64,000 nt of DNA from a virus, in the IMG/VR virus record IMGVR_UViG_3300007177_000160, positions 1 through 64,000 of that record; one strand, written 5' to 3'. Below the pieces are notes generated by a model. It had not been told where the DNA came from. It worked only from the letters and a program-made list of their open reading frames with translations, and did no database searches. Of this stretch, positions 36,037-46,655 are shown one piece after another; position 1 is the stretch's first letter; each line of letters begins with the position of its first letter. Position numbers and translations under genes: made by a program.

Positions 36037-36255
36037 ATGAGACGGCTTAAAGAATTTGCACCAGGGGATAAGGTTTGTTATCAACCCGATCACTGGAAAG
36101 AGCAAGGAAGATTTGAAAACGGTATAGTAAAAGAATTTATTGGCGAGCACAACGAAATCAGAGTTGTGTATCACTGTGGAGGTGACTGGGATAATTACAA
36201 AAACTATACTGGTGCTCTTACTCCTGTAAAACATTTAAAACTAGGATGGAAATAA
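36037..36255 (+). CDS. Small SH3-like hypothetical protein
   Basis: GDKVCY.P...ENGIVK...VVY...L.LGW. Confidence 0.7.
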   Translation: MRRLKEFAPGDKVCYQPDHWKEQGRFENGIVKEFIGEHNEIRVVYHCGGDWDNYKNYTGALTPVKHLKLGWK

Positions 36256-36512
36256 TGACAAAAGAACTAAAAATACCAACAGCAGAAGAATTTTTAAAAC
36301 AAAGAGATTGCATTAATAGTACAGAAGATTTTTTTAATGATGTACAACCGATTGACTTAATTGAATTTGCTAAACTACACACTCAAGCAGCATTGAAAGC
36401 AGCAGCAGAAAGTGCTAAAATTATTAACAAACCTAGATTCCCAGGTGATTACAATCCTGTAGTTGATGAAGATTCAATTCTAGACGCTTATCCTTTAAAT
36501 AATGTCAAATGA
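36246..36512 (+). CDS. Hypothetical protein
   Basis: IEFAKLH..AALKAA...SILDAYPL.N.K small phage protein motif. Confidence 0.75.
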   Translation: MEIMTKELKIPTAEEFLKQRDCINSTEDFFNDVQPIDLIEFAKLHTQAALKAAAESAKIINKPRFPGDYNPVVDEDSILDAYPLNNVK

Positions 36513-36796
36513 CAAAACAAGAATTAGAGACACTGAACGGGTTGTTTAATAAAAAATCTACTCTTGAATCAAGACTCAATGAAGTTACTTTTCCTGTTGA
36601 TGCTAACTATAGAATTAAAAATGTAGAAGTTGAGGTGGAGTATTATACCAGAAACGGAGCTGTTCGACCTATTTTAAAAAAATTACCAATGACAAACCAA
36701 GAAGTCAGGCATTACTTAAATAGAGAAAGAAATAAAATAATGCTAGAACTCCTTGACATCAATCATCAAATCGATAAAGTAAAAATAACAAAATGA
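36509..36796 (+). CDS. Hypothetical protein
   Basis: 95 aa; ATGA overlaps at both ends. Confidence 0.7.
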   Translation: MTKQELETLNGLFNKKSTLESRLNEVTFPVDANYRIKNVEVEVEYYTRNGAVRPILKKLPMTNQEVRHYLNRERNKIMLELLDINHQIDKVKITK

Positions 36797-36825
36797 AAAA
36801 TACCGTTGAACTGTTAGGATATTAG
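36793..36825 (+). pseudogene. Orphaned 5' remnant of thyX (MKNTVELLGY*)
   Basis: Translationally coupled to the upstream gene by ATGA; resembles the thyX N-terminus MKVQLLSHWG; cut off by the GIY-YIG gene. Confidence 0.6.
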
Positions 36826-36862
36826 ATTTGAATTTGAGTAGAAATATCACTATATTTGTTTT

Positions 36863-37657
36863 ATGAATTCAGGAGTATACGCTATTGTATGTAGAGCCAA
36901 TAATAAATTTTATATTGGCTCTTCTGTTAATCTATCAAAACGAATAAATCAGCATAAAAAAGCACTTGAAAATAAAAGGCATAAAAATCCACATTTACAA
37001 AATGCTTATAATTTATTTGGAAAAAATGAATTTTACTATCTTATAATAGATTATTGTCTAGATACTCTTGAGAAAGAACAATATTGGATTACTTCAACTT
37101 TTTGTTATGATAGAAAAATAGGTTTTAATAACACTAAAAAAGCAAACGCTCCTTTAGGTTATAAACATACTTCCGAGTCTAGAAAAATTATGTCTGATAT
37201 TAAAAAACAACAATACAAAGAAGGAAAAATTGCTTCTAATTTTAAATTTAGAACTGTTACAAAACATTCAGAAGAAACTAAAGAAAAAATAAGACAAACA
37301 AAGTTAGGTGAAAAAAATCCTATGTATGGTAAAAAACTCTCTCAAAAAGAAAAAGAAGACAAGAGCAGAGCTATGAATTCTGTACCAAGATGGAATGCAG
37401 GAAAAACCTCAAAAGACGATCCTAGGTTGTTAAAATTAGCAACATGGAAAGGAAAATTGCCCCCTAATGCTAAAAAATGTAGACTTATTAATGAGTTAGA
37501 AAATGTAGACATTCAAGCAAATTCTTTAAAAGAGTTATCAGAAAAATCTAAAATTCCTCAAATAGCAATAAGCAGAATTTTAAAAAACAAGAGTAAAAAA
37601 TATAAAAATTATAAAATTATTTATGAAAGTACAACTTTTATCCCATTGGGGAAATGA
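36863..37657 (+). mobile_element. Free-standing GIY-YIG homing endonuclease with NUMOD3 repeats
   Basis: SGVYAI...FYIGSS.N...R...H, EQYWI, KHTSESRKIMS / KHSEETKEKIR...GEKNPMYGKK; AT-rich; own TTTG-N20-TATATTTG promoter. Confidence 0.92.
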
Positions 37658-38270
37658 TATGACTATTTGTGACGTAGCTCGTGTAAGTTACGGTAAAGAA
37701 GCAAGTAATTATACAGAAGAACAAAATGCTAAACTTCTTAAGTATTTGTGGGAACACGGACACACATCTCCATTTAGACATCCTCATTTACAGTTTAGAA
37801 TTAAGTGTCCCATCTTTGTAGAAAGGCAACTTTTTAAACATGTTGTGGGAGTAAGTGTAAACTCTATTAGTGGACGTTATGTAGACTTCAGTGATGAATA
37901 TTATAAGGTTCCTGAAGGAGAATGGCGTAAACAATCTAAAAGTAGTAAGCAAGGCAGTGATGGACTATGTGATGCTCAAAAAATTCCAGATGAAGTACAA
38001 AGAGAAGTTATTAGAACTTGTAAAAATGCTTATGCATATTTAGTAGGACTTGGTGTAAGTAAAGAACAAGCTAGATTAGTTCTTCCTTTATCTCTTATGA
38101 CTGAATTTATTTGGACTGGTAGTTTACAAGCATTTTTGCACATGTATGCTCTTAGAAGTAAACCAGATACTCAAAAAGAAACTAGAGACGTAGTTCTTGA
38201 AATGATGAGTCAATTAGAAAACATAGAAGGCAATCCGTTTGAGCATACTCTGAAAATGATTAAACCTTAA
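37623..38270 (+). CDS. thyX: Flavin-dependent thymidylate synthase
   Basis: ARVSY, HGHTSPFRH, PIFVERQLFKH, NSISGRY, EQARLVLP, LR....TQKE. Confidence 0.92.
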   Translation: MKVQLLSHWGNDMTICDVARVSYGKEASNYTEEQNAKLLKYLWEHGHTSPFRHPHLQFRIKCPIFVERQLFKHVVGVSVNSISGRYVDFSDEYYKVPEGEWRKQSKSSKQGSDGLCDAQKIPDEVQREVIRTCKNAYAYLVGLGVSKEQARLVLPLSLMTEFIWTGSLQAFLHMYALRSKPDTQKETRDVVLEMMSQLENIEGNPFEHTLKMIKP

Positions 38271-38274
38271 AAGT

Positions 38275-38556
38275 ATGAAAAAGGCTAACAAAGAACAGAA
38301 ACAAATCTCAATCCAAGTTAATGGTCCTATGTTAGAAGTCTTAGTGCATTGTACAACAGAGGCACAGACTATTAAAAAACTGAAAGAACTAAAAAACTTA
38401 ATCAATCCGCCTAGAGAGAAAGTAGTTAGCCGTGTACGGGTTAGATGGCAAGTAAAATCTCGCGTAGACTACATTGAACCTCGAGGCAAAATTCTTGGAA
38501 AACATCATTTCCAAATTATTCACAATCACCCCAACCACCCTTTAAATTTTAAATAA
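38275..38556 (+). CDS. Hypothetical protein
   Basis: 93-aa ORF. Confidence 0.65.
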   Translation: MKKANKEQKQISIQVNGPMLEVLVHCTTEAQTIKKLKELKNLINPPREKVVSRVRVRWQVKSRVDYIEPRGKILGKHHFQIIHNHPNHPLNFK

Positions 38557-38831
38557 TGACAAAATCAACCAATCCGTCTGCTTTAGAAGATGTGTACAAA
38601 ACGCTAAAATCTCTTGACTTATCCTCAGGAGAAGGATTAATTTTTCTTGGTGTAGAGCCCTCAGAAACCGAAGGAGAATCTCGCCTTATTGCTACACTGC
38701 AAGGTAATCCTGCTAGAGTAACTGAAGCAGTCTACCAAGCAATGATTGCCGATGATGATTTAGCTAATATTATTCAGGCGGCTGCTTTCAAATTTTTTAT
38801 GGACTCCCAAGAAACTACAAGTAAAAACTAA
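38556..38831 (+). CDS. Hypothetical protein
   Basis: 91-aa ORF. Confidence 0.7.
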   Translation: MTKSTNPSALEDVYKTLKSLDLSSGEGLIFLGVEPSETEGESRLIATLQGNPARVTEAVYQAMIADDDLANIIQAAAFKFFMDSQETTSKN

Positions 38832-38834
38832 ACT

Positions 38835-39548
38835 ATGACAATTCAATCATTTCGTAACGCAGAATTAGACAATGTAATCCTAGAAATAGGAGACCAAGAC
38901 GAGTGGAAGCAACTAGCCGCAGAAATGGGCTTAGAAAAACAAATGGAGTTTGTTCAGGCTGCTAAATCTCCACTTCCCTACCCTTACATGAACCAAAGTA
39001 TGCAGAATATCTTTGGTACACTTTGTTCTACTAAAATTGATTTTAAAGAATATTCCAAGACTCCTATACCATTAGAAGTTATGCGAGAGCTTGCTTTCTG
39101 TAAATCAGAAAAGTATTTCAGTGACATCAAAATCTGGTATGATGATAAAACACCAGATCCAATTGCTGTAGGAAGAACTACTAGGTACTCTGCTAGCTAT
39201 TACAAAACTCAAGAAGAAAAAGAAAAAGGTAGTTATTACAACAGATTAAGTACACCTTATGACTTTACTTCCAAAGAACAAGCAAAAGATTATGTTGAAA
39301 CTATGGGTTATGTTTATAATGACTATAACTCACAAACTAATGACTATTTAATTGCTAGATGGGCTGATGAGTTAAGACCTATGGAAGAATTAAAGAAGTT
39401 AGCTTTAGATAGACTTAAAGACAAGTACATGAGCGAATGGAACAAAGCTATTAAAGAACTTCAATCTAAAGTAAATACAGCCTCAGAGACATTAAACCTA
39501 TATCTAATGGGTGAAATCTCTGAATGGGATTTAAGAAGGAACCTCTAA
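38835..39548 (+). CDS. Hypothetical protein
   Basis: 237 aa; PIPLEV, PDPIAVG, YLIARW motifs. Confidence 0.8.
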   Translation: MTIQSFRNAELDNVILEIGDQDEWKQLAAEMGLEKQMEFVQAAKSPLPYPYMNQSMQNIFGTLCSTKIDFKEYSKTPIPLEVMRELAFCKSEKYFSDIKIWYDDKTPDPIAVGRTTRYSASYYKTQEEKEKGSYYNRLSTPYDFTSKEQAKDYVETMGYVYNDYNSQTNDYLIARWADELRPMEELKKLALDRLKDKYMSEWNKAIKELQSKVNTASETLNLYLMGEISEWDLRRNL

Positions 39549-39619
39549 GTAAATTAACCTTAATTAAAGCCTCGAGAAATCGGGGCTTTTTTGTTTAACC
39601 ATTATCGTAAAACTAAATT

Positions 39620-41401
39620 ATGTCGTTTGATCCACTAGACCCTGATTACCTTCTATCAGTAGACAAAACAGAAGAAAACTTATCTTTAATTATTAAGACT
39701 AAGCCAGAAAAAGCTAAGTCTAAAAAAGAACCTACGGTTAAGTTTCACATGTCCAAAGAGTTGAGAGAAAGACTCATCACTCTAAAAAACAGACAGCCAG
39801 AAGAAAATTTAATTACAACAATATGCGACCGCATGCTCAAATTGACGCGAGTTCCTCAAAGTTGTATTAATTATCTAGGCTTATCTAATGATGACTTTTC
39901 TAAAATTTCTTACTTAAACCCTGAACGCATTGAAAGACTAAGAGGTCAGAAATTTACAGAAAAGTACATTGTTCCTGGAACCCAAGTTATTGTTCACGAA
40001 AAACGAGAACATGAGTTAGTTCATGAAGACGGTACAAAAGAAGTTATAGAAAACAGATTTCACACAATAATTCCTTTTAGTAGAGATTTTTTCACTGAAA
40101 GAAAGGAAATTAAATTAGTTAGAAGCAAAGTATTTGATGCAGAAACTAACACCCAGCAAGTTGTTTATTCTGTTCCTTCTTCTGTGGAGACTATAAACCG
40201 TCGACACTATGGCTTTAAATTTCAGAATAAAGTACTAGTAAATGCATGGGGGCTTTCAACTATTGATAAATGGTATTTTAGACGGCTCAGAGAAGTAACT
40301 AGAGACTCTTACTGGGATTACAATTTGCGGTATCACCAAAGTATCCATAAGATTCTTACTAACTTATTCAAGGACGAATATAGCGAAAGAGACAAAAACA
40401 TTTTTGCTGAGCAGTACTTTAAGTTAGTAGTAGCTAATAACAAAAATGTACAGTTCCTAATTGGAGACGGAGATTTGTTTAGAGAAGCATATTACGAAGC
40501 TAACTACAAAAAACCTAGCAACAATGCAACTCTGTGGCAATCTTGTATGCGGTACTCTTACTGTCAAGACTATTTTGAGTTATATGAGGAACTTCCAGAA
40601 GTTAAGATAGCTGTATTGTATGAGTACAACAAAGTAGTCGCACGTTGTTTACTGTGGGAAATTGATGGAGTAAAGTACTACGATCGTATTTATTATTATA
40701 ACGATGAGTTCTTTGCTCTTATGGAAAACTACTTAGAAAATTACGGCTATAAGTTTATGAGAACTTCTCATTCTGCAGGTGTAAACAACAAGTATAACCT
40801 AAGAGTAAAATTAACTTATAGTGAGTTTCTTGATTTTGGTGCTTTTCCTTATGTAGACACCATGCGTTATTACTACCCAGATTTAGGTATTTTGACTTGT
40901 GAAGAACGAGAGTATACACCTGGCTATGAGCTTAGTGACACTTCAGGCAGCTACGAAAACAATTATGACAGAGACCCAGAATATACTTGTCCTCATTGTG
41001 ATCGCGAGGCAGATCCAGATGATGCTGTATTGATTGACAGAGGTCCAGGTAGAGGAACAGATTCATGTCCTAGTTGTGTAGAATATTCTGAAGAGTATCA
41101 AGAGTATATATTGAGTAGCGCAGCCACTTTTTGTGAGTTTAGTAATAGCTATGTTTTAGAAGAGGAAGTTGTAGAACTAGTAGACGGAGAAACCTGCTAT
41201 CAAGAGCATTTAGACTTGCGTCAATATGAGAACGACTACGGCTATTTTGTTCTTGGGGACTATGAATACGAAGAAGCTGATGGAAAGTATTACCATCCAA
41301 GTGACCCAATGGCTGCTAGTAACCTTGTAGATGCAATTGAAGAAGCTGAAGAAGCTGAAGATACTGAAGAAGTACCTAATTTGAGTCCACCATTATTGTA
41401 A
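39620..41401 (+). CDS. Large hypothetical protein (SCMR...ARCLLW...DRIY...FPYVDT; Cys-rich C-terminus)
   Basis: Motifs of a phage family usually found next to M28 peptidase/amidoligase genes. Confidence 0.7.
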   Translation: MSFDPLDPDYLLSVDKTEENLSLIIKTKPEKAKSKKEPTVKFHMSKELRERLITLKNRQPEENLITTICDRMLKLTRVPQSCINYLGLSNDDFSKISYLNPERIERLRGQKFTEKYIVPGTQVIVHEKREHELVHEDGTKEVIENRFHTIIPFSRDFFTERKEIKLVRSKVFDAETNTQQVVYSVPSSVETINRRHYGFKFQNKVLVNAWGLSTIDKWYFRRLREVTRDSYWDYNLRYHQSIHKILTNLFKDEYSERDKNIFAEQYFKLVVANNKNVQFLIGDGDLFREAYYEANYKKPSNNATLWQSCMRYSYCQDYFELYEELPEVKIAVLYEYNKVVARCLLWEIDGVKYYDRIYYYNDEFFALMENYLENYGYKFMRTSHSAGVNNKYNLRVKLTYSEFLDFGAFPYVDTMRYYYPDLGILTCEEREYTPGYELSDTSGSYENNYDRDPEYTCPHCDREADPDDAVLIDRGPGRGTDSCPSCVEYSEEYQEYILSSAATFCEFSNSYVLEEEVVELVDGETCYQEHLDLRQYENDYGYFVLGDYEYEEADGKYYHPSDPMAASNLVDAIEEAEEAEDTEEVPNLSPPLL

Positions 41402-41441
41402 TCGTAAAACGAAAAAATTAAAAAAATCAAAAATTAAAAAC

Positions 41442-42818
41442 ATGTATTCATTAAATCAATCTTATGATAAAGTTCTAGGTAGAACTGTCATCGAAGACTT
41501 TCACGTTGACTTTGCTACGCTAAACTCTATCATGTATAAACAATCCCCTACTTATAACGAAGTTCTAAATAGAGAGAAAGCACACTTTTTGACTGAGCTT
41601 ATCTTTAATCTAACAGGGGTAAAAGCTACTACAGATGCAAGAGGAAATCTTTATTTTGTTAAAGGCACTTCAGACTTGTATCCCACTATTGTAGCTCACT
41701 ATGACACTGCTCAAGAGTATCATCCAGGACTTACTATTCAAAAAGCAGGAGATTGGTTGTATGGTTTTGACATTACTACAGGTACTCAGTGTGGTATAGG
41801 TGCAGATGATTCTGTCGGTATCTATTTTGCTATTGAGATGTTGAAACGTCTTCCTGTATGTAAAGTAGCGTTATTTTATGGTGAGGAAAGAGGTTGTATC
41901 GGCTCTAGTAGTTGCGATATGACTTTCTTTAAAGACTCTCTGCTAGTAAGCCAGCTTGACAGACGCTCTTTCCAAAATGACTTTATTGTCCACACTAATG
42001 GAGTTGAAGTATTTCCAACCCATTATGTAGACGTAATTCAAACATTCTTGGATAAGTATGACTATACCCCAGCTAATGGTAGTTGTACTGACGTAGGTGC
42101 GTTACGTAGGGCTGGATTACAAGTTGCTTCTCATAACACAGCATGCGGTTATTTCAACGAACACACAGACGAGGAAGTTATTCACATCCCTTCTATGATT
42201 AATGCAATGTCTATGGTTTATGAGATTCAATCTTATTTACTCGAGAACAAACTTCAATTAGAGTTTCCTTATGTTCGGTTTGTTGAGCAGAAATCAATTT
42301 ATGCACAGCCGTGGGTTTCTGCTTTTGAAGATAGACTTGACCAGACTAGATTCAGCGATTCTTTTTATGACATAGATGAAGTAGGGACTGGAATTAGTAA
42401 AACAGCAAAACAGTACGCTGACATAAACCATGTTCTTACTGACTTTCCTAGTATAGAAGAGATAGAGTGGCAATTTGACGTAGTAGAAAAAGACCTTACT
42501 TTAGCTAAAGTTAAATCAGGTCAAACTCCTGTATCTGCTTACGTAGCTTATACTAGTATAAGTTATAACGCCAGAACTAAAGAAGAACTTTATTTAGAAG
42601 ACTACGAAATTAGAGACGCACTACTCAACGAAAAACCCCACAAAGGAATGAATGCTTGCTGTGTAAAAGATTACCTGTATAACATTCCTTTTAACCTAGT
42701 AGAGTGTCAAACTTGTGGAAGTGGTTATCATCTAGAATTTACCGCAGAAGATGTCTATACTTTACCTGACGACAGTTTTCAAACACTGGACGAGTGGGCT
42801 GAGATGTACGGCTACTAA
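41442..42818 (+). CDS. M20/M28-family zinc peptidase-like protein
   Basis: VAHYDT, GIGADD, GEERGCIGS, LDRR, GSCTDV, GYFNEHTDEE. Confidence 0.85.
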   Translation: MYSLNQSYDKVLGRTVIEDFHVDFATLNSIMYKQSPTYNEVLNREKAHFLTELIFNLTGVKATTDARGNLYFVKGTSDLYPTIVAHYDTAQEYHPGLTIQKAGDWLYGFDITTGTQCGIGADDSVGIYFAIEMLKRLPVCKVALFYGEERGCIGSSSCDMTFFKDSLLVSQLDRRSFQNDFIVHTNGVEVFPTHYVDVIQTFLDKYDYTPANGSCTDVGALRRAGLQVASHNTACGYFNEHTDEEVIHIPSMINAMSMVYEIQSYLLENKLQLEFPYVRFVEQKSIYAQPWVSAFEDRLDQTRFSDSFYDIDEVGTGISKTAKQYADINHVLTDFPSIEEIEWQFDVVEKDLTLAKVKSGQTPVSAYVAYTSISYNARTKEELYLEDYEIRDALLNEKPHKGMNACCVKDYLYNIPFNLVECQTCGSGYHLEFTAEDVYTLPDDSFQTLDEWAEMYGY

Positions 42819-42863
42819 ACTAATAGGGAGCAGCAATGCTCCCTTTCTATTAAACTTATTATT

Positions 42864-43172
42864 ATGACGGAATATGAACACTATGGCGAGTCACTTAACA
42901 CACACCCTGATTACTTTTTAATGAAGAGAGCCTATGAAGAAAAATTGTTAATTGAAGAGTTGGAAACAACAGAACATTTTGCTAAATTCGTAACCCCTGT
43001 AGCAGAAAATACCCAAAACATTACAGTGGAACAACAAGGTAAACAAGAACTTAACGAAGAAATTAATGAAAACGAAACGAACGTTTTACGATGTGCTATG
43101 GGCCCTGTGCGAGAAGGAGGGATTGATAGCAAAATGGAAAGAGATTGGACTGTTGATAGAGTCCAATTCTAA
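42864..43172 (+). CDS. Hypothetical protein
   Basis: 102 aa, overlaps the next gene. Confidence 0.55.
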   Translation: MTEYEHYGESLNTHPDYFLMKRAYEEKLLIEELETTEHFAKFVTPVAENTQNITVEQQGKQELNEEINENETNVLRCAMGPVREGGIDSKMERDWTVDRVQF

Positions 43173-43632
43173 ATTCTCTTGGCATCCTAATGCAGGTAGT
43201 TATTTAGGAGAAGAAGAAGCTCAGATTGTAGGTGCGCTTACAGTCAACGAAGACAAACAAACTAGTGTAACACTTCCCAAAACTAAAGCCCCTAAAGTAC
43301 TAGAGGATATTCCTTGGTTGGAAGAGTTTGCACAAAAGTTTAACAGACAAAACTTAGGTTTCTCTGGTAAAGTTACTGATAAGAAAACTACACTAGAGAA
43401 GATGCACAAGTTTCTTCAAACTTATGACTACACTAAAGATGAGATTTTAGCCGCAACTGATATGTACATTGATAGTCTGAAACGCTCAGGATCTATCAAG
43501 TTTATTAGAAACAGTGGTTACTTTATTTCTAAAGTAATTGACGGAGTACAACAAAGCGATTTGGCTAGCTGGTGTGAAGAGTATAGAAACACTGGCAGTA
43601 AAGGTAATTATAACTCAAGAAGTATTATCTAA
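43066..43632 (+). CDS. Replication-module hypothetical protein
   Basis: Y...EIL.AT..Y...YFISK...S.L..WCEE; coupled to the helicase gene. Confidence 0.7.
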   Translation: MKTKRTFYDVLWALCEKEGLIAKWKEIGLLIESNSKFSWHPNAGSYLGEEEAQIVGALTVNEDKQTSVTLPKTKAPKVLEDIPWLEEFAQKFNRQNLGFSGKVTDKKTTLEKMHKFLQTYDYTKDEILAATDMYIDSLKRSGSIKFIRNSGYFISKVIDGVQQSDLASWCEEYRNTGSKGNYNSRSII

Positions 43633-44738
43633 TGTTAGGCTTTAACGATGTACTTAGTCAAATTGAGCGTAACAAGTCTATCAAGGAACTTGGCGGAATT
43701 ACCTCCATATTGCCTCCTTTTGATAGATTAGGGCAAAACTACGGTGGTTTTACTCGTGGTTCTATAACAGCTATTACAGCAGGTTCAGGTGTAGGTAAGA
43801 CCAAGTTTGTAAAATACTTTACAATCTTAAATATTTTCAAAAGAACCTTTGGCACTAACATTAAACCTAAAGTATTCTATTTTGCACTAGAAGAAAGCGA
43901 AACAGATTTTTGGATGTCGTTTATCTCTATGTATCTCTATGAGAAATATAAGATAACAATCAGTGTATCTCAACTTAAATCAATCGGTAATTTTACAGTA
44001 AACGATGATTTAATGGAGAAGATACGAAATGCAGAAAAGTTTATTCGTCAGCTTCAAGACTTTGTAGAAGTTATCGACTACATCAGAAACCCCACAGGTA
44101 TCCAAAAACACGTAAGAGCATACTTCGATAACCCAGAGATAGGCACTTACGAGTACAAAGATGTAAATGGAAGACAAGTTCCAGTAGCTTATCACTATAA
44201 ATCAGATGACACTTGGGTCTTTTATATTTTAGATCACATCAGTCTATTATCAAGTGAGACAGCAGCAGATACAAAGATGCGCCTTACTCCGTATCAGACT
44301 ATTGACTATATGGTAAAAGATATTGTCTTAGATTTATTTTCAAAAAGATTTAAAATGGCGAACATCATTGTTCACCAACAAACGCCTTCTTCAGAAAGAG
44401 CACAGTACACTAACAGAGGTGCGTTGATAGAAGAAATGCTAGAACCTTCTCTGGAAGAACTGCATTTAAACAAAGGTGTACAGCAAGATTACGAGGTAGT
44501 ATTAGGCTTGTTTAATCCCTCTCGATATAACATACCAGCACACAATGGATATGATATATCTATTCTTGGACAGAAGTATCGTTCCTTAATGTTTTTAAAG
44601 GACCGACACTTTGGCTTAGAGAACTCTTGTGTAGGATTATATTTTAATGGTGCAAACGGAGAGTATTTAGAATTGCCCAGACCCGAAGAAATGAACAATC
44701 CTACAAAAGGATATTACGAGCATTATTCAAAATTATGA
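43632..44738 (+). CDS. DnaB-like SF4 replicative helicase
   Basis: AGSGVGKT, FALEES, ILDHISLL, HQQ, KDRH.G. Confidence 0.88.
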   Translation: MLGFNDVLSQIERNKSIKELGGITSILPPFDRLGQNYGGFTRGSITAITAGSGVGKTKFVKYFTILNIFKRTFGTNIKPKVFYFALEESETDFWMSFISMYLYEKYKITISVSQLKSIGNFTVNDDLMEKIRNAEKFIRQLQDFVEVIDYIRNPTGIQKHVRAYFDNPEIGTYEYKDVNGRQVPVAYHYKSDDTWVFYILDHISLLSSETAADTKMRLTPYQTIDYMVKDIVLDLFSKRFKMANIIVHQQTPSSERAQYTNRGALIEEMLEPSLEELHLNKGVQQDYEVVLGLFNPSRYNIPAHNGYDISILGQKYRSLMFLKDRHFGLENSCVGLYFNGANGEYLELPRPEEMNNPTKGYYEHYSKL

Positions 44739-45013
44739 CAGACAACTTAAAGAAAATATTTGAAGAATTGGCAAAAAGAGTCGGCTCAAGTTTAGAAGAA
44801 ATAAACTTTGACGACAAAAATTGGTTTGAGAAACATACTTGGACCGTAGAAGAAGAATTAAACTATAAGAATTGGCTTATAGAATTTATGGAAAATAATC
44901 CAGATGTAATTGAAGATTTAGTAAAGGAAGGGCTACTCCGTAGGGATATCAATAATATGGCCACAGACTTCGTAATCTTTTACGGATGGAATTACAAAAA
45001 AAATAATCAATAA
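44735..45013 (+). CDS. Hypothetical protein
   Basis: 92 aa; WF..HTWT.EEE..YK.WL...YGW. Confidence 0.7.
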   Translation: MTDNLKKIFEELAKRVGSSLEEINFDDKNWFEKHTWTVEEELNYKNWLIEFMENNPDVIEDLVKEGLLRRDINNMATDFVIFYGWNYKKNNQ

Positions 45014-45015
45014 TC

Positions 45016-45768
45016 ATGTCAAGCAAATTAATCGCAATCGTCGGCCCAAGTGGTACAGGGAAATCAACCTCCATCAAATCATTGAATCCGAAAGAGACGT
45101 TTATTATTAACGTCGCACGCAAAGAACTCCCATTCAGGGGAGCAGAGAAACTCTACAATCTAGAGTCTAAAAACTACATGGAAGTAGATGACATCGCACA
45201 AATTACAGGACTCTTAAACACTATCAGTGAAAAGGCTCCACACATCAAGAACGTAATTATGGATGATGCTATCTATTCTATGTCATTCTTAATGATGCGT
45301 AAAGCTAACGAGGTTGGCTTTGCAAAATTTACAAACCTCGCACAGCAAGTAACCAACATGCTTACTACTGCGCGTAGACTTCGTAACGACCTTAAAGTAT
45401 TTTACATTACTCACTCTGAGAACATAGAAGACGAAGGTAAAATCGTAGGCCAGAAAATTAAAACTATCGGTAAAGCATTGGACAACCAAATTGTATTGGA
45501 AGGTTTATTTACTATTGCTTTGTACACTCACATTGACGAGGACAAGAATGGTATGCCGACTTATCACTTTGTAACCAATCGTTTCCGCAACTATCCAGCG
45601 AAGAGCCCTATGGACATGTTTCCAGAGGTTCTTATTCCTAATGACCTACAATTAGTTTGTAATATGGTAGATGAATATTACAATGACGAAACCGCAACTC
45701 CTGCTCCTGTAGCAAGTATCCCAACTAAAAAAGTAAAAGAAACATTAACTCAACCCGAAACAAATTAA
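45016..45768 (+). CDS. AAA ATPase (Sak4/AAA_24-like)
   Basis: GPSGTGKSTS, IMDD, THSE, KIKTIGK, EGLFT, AKSP. Confidence 0.88.
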   Translation: MSSKLIAIVGPSGTGKSTSIKSLNPKETFIINVARKELPFRGAEKLYNLESKNYMEVDDIAQITGLLNTISEKAPHIKNVIMDDAIYSMSFLMMRKANEVGFAKFTNLAQQVTNMLTTARRLRNDLKVFYITHSENIEDEGKIVGQKIKTIGKALDNQIVLEGLFTIALYTHIDEDKNGMPTYHFVTNRFRNYPAKSPMDMFPEVLIPNDLQLVCNMVDEYYNDETATPAPVASIPTKKVKETLTQPETN

Positions 45769-45772
45769 AATT

Positions 45773-46597
45773 ATGAATTTAAACGAATTAGAAACCAGAG
45801 AACCTTCCAGTCGTAAACTTGTAACTGGATTTGCACCAATTCAAATTATCGCTGTTAACCCAGACGTTAAAAAATTACGTGAAATTTTAAACACAGAGGA
45901 TGTTAAAGAACCAAACTATGAAGCAGAGAAAGGATCTCGTTTAGATTTTTGGTTTGTTAGTCATCCTATGTCTAAGATAGAGTTTCGTGGTAAGTTTGCT
46001 ATGTGGGCATCTAACGATGTTCGCGTATCTAAAACCGATAAAAAACAATACATAGATAACTTTACCAAGACTATGTGGGCTTCTAACCTAGCTAACGCCA
46101 GTGAATTAATGGGCACTTGGGATGAATCTCGTAAACTTGATATGAAGAGTATCCGTGAAGCAAAAGAAGGCGAAGAGAACATCTATAACTTGATGAAAGC
46201 TTACGCCAACGCAAGTCCTAAAACTAAACCATTCGTACTTGATAACTGGAATGCTATTGCTCAAGGTAATGGTTCTGAATTACAAGCGTTCTTTGATCAT
46301 TTCAACAAACTTGACCAAGGTGTTAAGGTGTTGTTGGGTATTAAAGAAGGTAAGTATCAGGACGTATTTACAGGCATCTTCTTGAATGTAAACGGCAGAA
46401 TTACCGACTATGTAACTTCTCGTGTAACTGGCGAGTATGGTTACAAAGGCGACTATCAAGGTAACTTTGACCTAAAAGAATATAACATGGAGTCTGCTCC
46501 TAGCTCTAACGAAGTAGAGAGTGGAGTATCAAACATGTTTGGAGATAGTCCTGTGACTGCACAAACTGAAACCCCTAATCCATTCTTGGATTTCTAG
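45773..46597 (+). CDS. Putative single-stranded DNA-binding protein
   Basis: IIAVNP, RLDFW, acidic/aromatic C-terminus (NPFLDF); lies between the AAA ATPase and primase. Confidence 0.6.
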   Translation: MNLNELETREPSSRKLVTGFAPIQIIAVNPDVKKLREILNTEDVKEPNYEAEKGSRLDFWFVSHPMSKIEFRGKFAMWASNDVRVSKTDKKQYIDNFTKTMWASNLANASELMGTWDESRKLDMKSIREAKEGEENIYNLMKAYANASPKTKPFVLDNWNAIAQGNGSELQAFFDHFNKLDQGVKVLLGIKEGKYQDVFTGIFLNVNGRITDYVTSRVTGEYGYKGDYQGNFDLKEYNMESAPSSNEVESGVSNMFGDSPVTAQTETPNPFLDF

Positions 46598-46655
46598 TTT
46601 ATTGTTGTTGATAAGGGGGATTGTTATGCAGTCCCCCTTTTTTATTTTATAAGAA

